A DNA stretch of 64,000 bases from Candidatus Eiseniibacteriota bacterium (GTDB taxonomy: Bacteria > Eisenbacteria > RBG-16-71-46 > JABDJR01). The notes under the pieces were generated by a model. That model was not told the origin of the DNA, made no database searches, and worked only from the letters and a program-made list of their open reading frames with translations. The stretch covers positions 352,001 to 416,000 of the forward strand of contig CAVXKA010000003.1 in the NCBI GenBank assembly GCA_963762255.1, read 5' to 3'. A program made the position numbers and the translations under genes. Shown piece by piece: positions 59,002-64,000 of this stretch. Position 1 is the first letter of the stretch. Every line of letters begins with the position of its first letter.

Positions 59002-59711
59002 GGCTCCTCCGGAATCGCCTGGTATCGCACAATGCGGATGTGTCGCCGCACATGCGGCGGGATCTCGCCGAGGCGTCGCCGCACGATCGTGCACCCCACC
59101 CGCTGCGCTGCGCGCAAGACGAGCGGATGACACGGCCATGTGCCGTCGTCTGAGAACGCCACGGCGGGGCGTCCCACCGCCGCAAGCACCGCCGCCAGTG
59201 CGATCCTCTCGTCGGGCATGATGTACTCGAGCTGCCGTCGCTCTCGTTGGGATAACGCGCCGTAGATTCCCCCACCGACGCCCAGTCCGAAGGATTCAAT
59301 GCGCATCGGGTGACCAGATGCCGTCAGGAACTCGGCTCGAGAGGCAATCTCCGTGAGGCGGGCAGGCGGTGCGAGGTACGCGCGCACGCAGACGCGCTGG
59401 ACGCGCACGCCCGGATACTGTCGCTCGCGATCTAGGATCTTGAGGCCGGTCACGAACCGCGCTGGGTTCGAGCCATCCACGTCGGGCCTCTCGCACCACG
59501 TTTCGTCACCCGGCGGTGATACGAGTCGGATGGCGGTTGGCACGAATTCTTCCCAGGCCGGCCGCGCGTTCGCGTGATCCTGCAACGCGAATGCTAAAGC
59601 CGCCGCATTCCCGCCATCGGACTCCGGCTCCACCCGCACCGACGCCGCCACGAACGCCAGAAACTGCCGAAGCGCGAATACGCCGCGGTCGCCGGGAAAG
59701 TCGTTGGCCAT
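58974..59711 (-). CDS. Hypothetical protein (245 aa) inside the Ubl-E1 operon
   Basis: TGATG overlap with the upstream gene and overlap with the E1 start; no JAB HxH motif seen. Confidence 0.65.
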   Translation of the reverse strand: MANDFPGDRGVFALRQFLAFVAASVRVEPESDGGNAAALAFALQDHANARPAWEEFVPTAIRLVSPPGDETWCERPDVDGSNPARFVTGLKILDRERQYPGVRVQRVCVRAYLAPPARLTEIASRAEFLTASGHPMRIESFGLGVGGGIYGALSQRERRQLEYIMPDERIALAAVLAAVGRPAVAFSDDGTWPCHPLVLRAAQRVGCTIVRRRLGEIPPHVRRHIRIVRYQAIPEEPCEKQGSGT

Positions 59712-60313
59712 CAGAGATTCCTCCGAGCCCAGGCAAGGGCCACTAGAACAAGACCGCACAGGTCGAGACGCTCGACGGCAGTTTCGAGGAGAGGGGTGGC
59801 CTCGCCTCGGCATGCGCCGTGACGGCCCGGCTGGATGAACATCGACTCCTGCCCCGCCGCAGTGGACCTGCGAATGAAGACCGGGAAGTGAGGAGCCGGT
59901 GGAAGCGGAAGACAGATCTCGAAAGCGTTTCCAGGGGCTGAGGCGCCTTCGGCCACAAGCGGGCGCACGGTCGCGGTCACCGCGGCCTCGGCCACCACCA
60001 ACCGCTCGAACGGGACTCCATCAAGCAGGACCATCAACCGATTCAGCTCCCGCCTGGCGCGAGGGAGAGGAAACCGGCGCGCGCGCTCGACGCGGCGCAT
60101 CGCGAGCGTCACATCCGCCATGTCGAGATCCCATACCTCGGGCTTCGGACCTATCTCACCGAGCAGAGGCTTGCAGCACGTGAGGAACTCGCGTTGCGCC
60201 TGAAGACCGCGAGCCGCCGCGCCGCAGAACTCCTGCAGGAACGCCGCCAGAACCTCGCGCGCTTGCTCAATCGACTCCCGGGGAGACCCCGGTTGAAGAA
60301 CCACTTCTTCCAT
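59711..60313 (-). CDS. Hypothetical protein with a possible divergent prokaryotic E2-like C-terminal domain (200 aa)
   Basis: Helical N-terminus, beta-rich middle, then GRHGACRGEATPLLETAVERLDLCGLV, resembling the C-x-G plus helix end of Prok-E2 domains; start uncertain. Confidence 0.5.
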   Translation of the reverse strand: MEEVVLQPGSPRESIEQAREVLAAFLQEFCGAAARGLQAQREFLTCCKPLLGEIGPKPEVWDLDMADVTLAMRRVERARRFPLPRARRELNRLMVLLDGVPFERLVVAEAAVTATVRPLVAEGASAPGNAFEICLPLPPAPHFPVFIRRSTAAGQESMFIQPGRHGACRGEATPLLETAVERLDLCGLVLVALAWARRNL

Positions 60314-60407
60314 GGCGTGTCGTGCGCTGGATGGACCGGCGCCGGCGGCAGCGGAAACCGCCACCGGCGCCGGTGCGCATTCCTCCCTTGTTTGTTGTGC
60401 TCGCCGA

Positions 60408-60659
60408 TCAGCCGCCGCGGATCCGCGGGACGTAGGCGAGCGTGACGTCGTGGGTGTGGTCCACCGGCTTGTCGAGCTCGGTGGGCGCACCATCCAGGAA
60501 CAGATCCCAACCCTTGTCGCGCGGCGTCGTACCGGCTGCGCGGATCAGGTCGGCCGCGGTGACCCCTTCGAGCAGATCAACGCTGGCCTCGACACCTTCA
60601 CCGAGCACCCGGACCGTCGCACGATGCGGTCGGGCACCTCGTTCGGGAAACGTCCCCAT
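60408..60659 (-). CDS. Ubiquitin-like beta-grasp protein ending in di-glycine (83 aa)
   Basis: ...TAADLI...LFLDG...LAYVPRIRGG*; strong RBS AGGAGG/AAGGAG. Confidence 0.85.
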   Translation of the reverse strand: MGTFPERGARPHRATVRVLGEGVEASVDLLEGVTAADLIRAAGTTPRDKGWDLFLDGAPTELDKPVDHTHDVTLAYVPRIRGG

Positions 60660-60747
60660 ACTCCACTCCTTCCTCCTGAACGATCGGGCTCCGCGCCTTC
60701 GCGGGCGCGAAGGGCTACGGCAATGCCCGCTTGCGAGGTATGGATCC

Positions 60748-60762
60748 GCAAGAGCGATGCCA
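60748..60762 (-). promoter_or_regulatory. Sigma54 (-24/-12) promoter
   Basis: TGGCAT-CGCTC-TTGC fits TGGCAC-N5-TTGC with GG-N10-GC spacing, ~90 nt upstream of the Ubl ATG and next to a sigma54 activator gene. Confidence 0.85.
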
Positions 60763-60785
60763 TCGGTCGGCCGAGCGCGTGATGT

Positions 60786-60886
60786 GTGCGCAACACGATG
60801 CTGCGCACGTGACTCAGGCGGAGGGTGGAGGGACGGTCAGAGCTGCCGGGTTGCCTTGATCTACCCGATCTTCGGGTGAACAAGGC
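60786..60886. promoter_or_regulatory. Two inverted repeats, candidate activator-binding sites
   Basis: GTGCGCA-N9-TGCGCAC (60786-60808); GCCTTG..ACCCGA-TCT-TCGGGT..CAAGGC (60853-60886). Confidence 0.5.
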
Positions 60887-60892
60887 CGACGA

Positions 60893-61942
60893 TCAGGCGG
60901 GCTGCTTGGGGGGGCGCTTGAGTCCCGCGCGACGCATGCGGTCGCGCACGGTGTCCGGCTTGACCTTGAGCAGGCGCGCGGTTTCGGAGACGTTCCAGTG
61001 GCAGAGTCGCAGGACGGATTCCAGATAGCAGCTCTCGAATCTCTCGGCCGAGAGATCGTGTCCCCCGCCGTCGATTCGCGAGTCGGACGCGGCGCGGGGC
61101 CTTCCGAACGCCGCCGGAGGCAGATCGCCGATCTGGATTACTTCGCGCCGGCCGGCATGGTAGAAGGCCCAGATGACGACCTTCTCCAGCTCCCGGATAT
61201 TGCCCGGCCAATCGTACGCGAGAAGAGATTTCAACGCCGCCCGCGAGAAACGTCGAGCGCGATACGTCTTTCCTGCCTCGCAGGCGAGGCGGGAGAGGAA
61301 CGTCTCTGCGAGGCCGGGGATGTCCTCCCGCCGTTCGTTCAGGCCCGGCATCTCGATCGTGAACGTGCTGATCCGGAAGAAGAGGTCATCGCGGAACTCG
61401 CCGCGATCGACCCGTTCGGTAAGGTCGCGGTTCGTCGCCACAAGCACGCGCACGTCGCTCTTCACTTCGCGGTTCCCGCCGAGGCGCCGAAACCGCCGGT
61501 CCTGGAGAAAGCGCAACAACATCACTTGAGTTAGCGGATGGATGTCGCCGATCTCATCCAGAAAGACGGTGCCGCCGTCGCTTCCCTCGATGAGCCCGAC
61601 GCGACGCTGCCGGCCGGCATCGGTGAAGGCATGGGCCTCGTGCCCGAAAAGCTCGCTGTGGACGAGGGTCTGGGAAAGCCCTGCGACCGGGATGACGCAA
61701 AACGGCGCGTCCTTGCGTCGGCTGAGCCGATGGATCACTTCGGCCAGGAAGGACTTGCCTGTACCGCTGCTGCCGGTGATCAGGACGGTCTCTTCCGTCG
61801 GAGCCATCCATGCCACCGCGCGTAGCACCTTGCGCGCCGCTTCGCTCTTCCATACCGGTGGTAAGAGGCTAAGGTCCGCGCAGGCGAGTGCCTCCACGGT
61901 GCGGGTGACGATCTCGGACTTGGGTTCGAGGTTGGGGGCCAT
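60893..61942 (-). CDS. Sigma54-dependent activator (AAA+ and Fis HTH) lacking an N-terminal sensory domain
   Basis: ITGSSGTGKS, ELFGHEAHAFTDA (GAFTGA variant), GGTVFLDEIGD, FRDDLFFR, WPGNIREL, WNVSETARLL. Confidence 0.92.
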   Translation of the reverse strand: MAPNLEPKSEIVTRTVEALACADLSLLPPVWKSEAARKVLRAVAWMAPTEETVLITGSSGTGKSFLAEVIHRLSRRKDAPFCVIPVAGLSQTLVHSELFGHEAHAFTDAGRQRRVGLIEGSDGGTVFLDEIGDIHPLTQVMLLRFLQDRRFRRLGGNREVKSDVRVLVATNRDLTERVDRGEFRDDLFFRISTFTIEMPGLNERREDIPGLAETFLSRLACEAGKTYRARRFSRAALKSLLAYDWPGNIRELEKVVIWAFYHAGRREVIQIGDLPPAAFGRPRAASDSRIDGGGHDLSAERFESCYLESVLRLCHWNVSETARLLKVKPDTVRDRMRRAGLKRPPKQPA

Positions 61943-62017
61943 GGTGAGGGGGATGTTCCATGTTTCGGGGATGAGGTGTCAACCTGAGGGGGGACTGCGC
62001 AGTGCCGCCTGTCTGGC

Positions 62018-64000
62018 TCAGAGTCCTCCTGTCGATTGACGGAAGATCGAGACGACCTCAGGGCCGAGTTCCTGAAGCCTATCGAGGATTTCGGAGCGCG
62101 ACATGTCCATTTGCCTCAAGAGCGCCGCGTAGTTCATGACGGCTGCCTGCAGGTTCGGGTGCGGATGACCCGTGGCACGGGTGAACTGGAGAAGGATGCT
62201 CACGTGGCGACGACTCAGCGGTTCGGCCTCCACCAGCCGGTTCGTGTCCTGGAGCAACTGAGCTAGGTTGTTGAGGGCGCTCGCGACATTCGGGTGATCC
62301 CGTCCGAGCCTGTTCTCAAAGATCGCCAGTGCGCGGCGCACGAGGGGTTCGGCCTCTCCCTGACGCCTTGCGCCCTTGAGCAAGCCCACCAGGTTGTTAA
62401 GGCGGATGGCGACCTTGGGGTGGTCGTTCCCGTACCTCTGTTCGTCGATCACCAGCGCGCGGCGCATGAGGTCTTCAGCCTCCGCCGGCCGGTTCGTGAC
62501 TTGGAGCAAGAGAGCCAAGTTGCTGAGAGCGGTCGCGACGTTTGGATGGTCCCGTCCACGGATTCTCTCAAAGATTGCAAGCGAGCGGCGGTAGAGAGGC
62601 TCAGCCTCTCCCAGCCGGCCCGTGGCCTTGAGCAATTGGGCCAGGCTGTTGAGAGCCATCGCGACCTGGTGTTGATCACCGCCACAGCCCTGCTCGCGAA
62701 TCGCCAGCGCGCGGCGCATGAGCGGTTCGGCCTCCGCCAATCGGTTTGTGGCGTAGAGCAAGCCCGCCAAGTTATTGAGGCGGATGGCGACACTTGGGTG
62801 GTCGCTCCCGGAGCTCCGCTCGTCGATCGCCAGCGCGCGGCGCATGAGCGGTTCGGCCTCCGCCAGCCGGTTCGTCGCCTGGAGCAATTGAGCCAGGTTG
62901 CTGATAGCTGTCGCGACCACTGGTTGATCCTCTCCGAGGTCGCTCTCCGAGATTGCCAACGCACGGCGCAAGAGCGGTTCGGCCCGTGTCCACTCAGCTA
63001 GGGTGTACCACCATAGCCCCACTTGACTGAGCAGCCATGCCGCCCATGGATAGGCCCCCTCTGCCCATGCCTCGGCCAAGGCATCCAGCGGCTCCAACTC
63101 CCAGCGCGCCTCCTGCCACCGCGTCGTCGTCTCGAGAACGACGACCCGGTCGCGCACGAAATTGAGTACGCGCTCTCGCCTGGCGGCCAGATGATCAGCC
63201 GACAGGCTCTGCTGCATCAAATCCTGCACCAACCGATGCACGCGCACGACGCGCGCCTCGCCTTCTTCGCCCTCTCCGCGGGTGATGAGCGCCAGCCGCC
63301 AGAGCATGCGGCAGATCCGATCCCACGGCTCCTCGTACCCGGGGGACACGGACACGCCGATCTCGGGGAAGTCACTCGCCACCAACTCCCGCAGCCACGG
63401 CAGCGGCACCGCATCAGGGGCCAGAAGTGCCGCGTACTCCATCGCCCGGCGCCCCGCCGGTTCCAGTCCCTCAATGGAAGGCCCGAGGACGGCGTCCAAC
63501 CGGCGCTCATGATCGTGCTGGCGAAGGGTTACCTCGCGATCCGCGGCCAAATCATCCAGCGCTTCGAGGTCTTCCAGCCCGAGCCGCTCCAGGAAGGCCG
63601 GGTACGTCACGCCGGCATGCACCTCCAGCCACGCCGCCACCAACTCCACCGCCAATACGAACCCGCCCAGCCGTCTCACGATGCGGTGCGCCGCATCACG
63701 TTCGGCGTCGTCCGCGAATGGTCGGTGCTTCTCCAGCAGATCCACCGCGTCCACTTCCGGAAGCTCGCCCAATGTGACCCAGTTGCCATGCGCCCCGGCG
63801 GGAGGCGCGAGGCGCGTGGTCGCCAGCAGGTGAAGGCTTGGCCCCAAACTGGTGAGGGCATCTGTCTGCCTGGGGGACAGCAGGTCGAGGCCGGTCACGT
63901 TGTCCAGCACTAGGAGGATGCGTCCATGGCTATCAAGTCGTTGGCGGAGACAGTCGTAGATCGCCGCGAAGTGCCGATCTGGGCTCTTGCGCTCCTCATC
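62018..64000 (-). CDS. NB-ARC/STAND-TPR protein, 5'-partial (continues beyond the window)
   Basis: Frame open to 64000; ILLVLDNV Walker B, LATTR, LGGFVLAV, VHRLVQ; about seven 42-aa TPRs (EAEPLMRRALAI...HP.VA..LNNLA.LL). Confidence 0.88.
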   Translation of the reverse strand, partial: DEERKSPDRHFAAIYDCLRQRLDSHGRILLVLDNVTGLDLLSPRQTDALTSLGPSLHLLATTRLAPPAGAHGNWVTLGELPEVDAVDLLEKHRPFADDAERDAAHRIVRRLGGFVLAVELVAAWLEVHAGVTYPAFLERLGLEDLEALDDLAADREVTLRQHDHERRLDAVLGPSIEGLEPAGRRAMEYAALLAPDAVPLPWLRELVASDFPEIGVSVSPGYEEPWDRICRMLWRLALITRGEGEEGEARVVRVHRLVQDLMQQSLSADHLAARRERVLNFVRDRVVVLETTTRWQEARWELEPLDALAEAWAEGAYPWAAWLLSQVGLWWYTLAEWTRAEPLLRRALAISESDLGEDQPVVATAISNLAQLLQATNRLAEAEPLMRRALAIDERSSGSDHPSVAIRLNNLAGLLYATNRLAEAEPLMRRALAIREQGCGGDQHQVAMALNSLAQLLKATGRLGEAEPLYRRSLAIFERIRGRDHPNVATALSNLALLLQVTNRPAEAEDLMRRALVIDEQRYGNDHPKVAIRLNNLVGLLKGARRQGEAEPLVRRALAIFENRLGRDHPNVASALNNLAQLLQDTNRLVEAEPLSRRHVSILLQFTRATGHPHPNLQAAVMNYAALLRQMDMSRSEILDRLQELGPEVVSIFRQSTGGL

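Noticed and set aside
58291-60659. ThiS/ThiF or MoaD/MoeB cofactor biosynthesis
   Set aside because: No thiG, moaE or sulfurtransferase nearby, the E1 lacks Zn CxxC motifs and the context is defence-like; kept only as the alternative hypothesis
47500-64000. Defined mobile element (IS, prophage or ICE)
   Set aside because: No integrase, transposase, att site or phage gene recognised in the window

Overview
High-GC bacterial DNA, probably from an uncultured anaerobe; the C-terminal sorting-type domain on the 11-14 kb secreted protein hints at an FCB-related lineage such as Eisenbacteria or Latescibacteria (inference only). The first ~47.5 kb is anaerobic metabolism. (1) A minus-strand operon: hemerythrin-like protein, 2-oxoacid:ferredoxin oxidoreductase alpha and beta, a degenerate PFOR paralog and a ~1668-aa PFOR that the ORF track misses. 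(2) A secreted GH57-like protein, a DUF4153 protein and two tRNA-Ser genes, one followed by tRNA-3'-end repeats. (3) A catabolic operon: GNAT, Cys-less thiolase, DUF35, xanthine-dehydrogenase-family molybdoenzyme, FdrA, DUF1116, cyclase, DUF2877. (4) A Hyf-type group 4 [NiFe] hydrogenase operon led by a truncated FdhF-like subunit lacking its metal ligand plus an AsrA/AsrB-like pair. (5) An ACP, kbl, metX::hom fusion, acetate-CoA ligase operon. From ~47.5 kb to the end is a co-oriented, defence-like accessory block: NB-ARC-TPR protein, sigma54 activator without a sensory domain, a clear sigma54 promoter, a Ubl(GG) / E2-like / unknown / E1 operon, a PfkB-like-AAA-RyR protein, TIR-NACHT-WD40 (13 near-identical repeats), a hidden mini-RyR ORF, a SLOG-SLATT membrane protein, a DinB remnant and two SpoVG-like genes. 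Several frameshifts look like assembly errors. All assignments come from manual motif recognition, not database searches.
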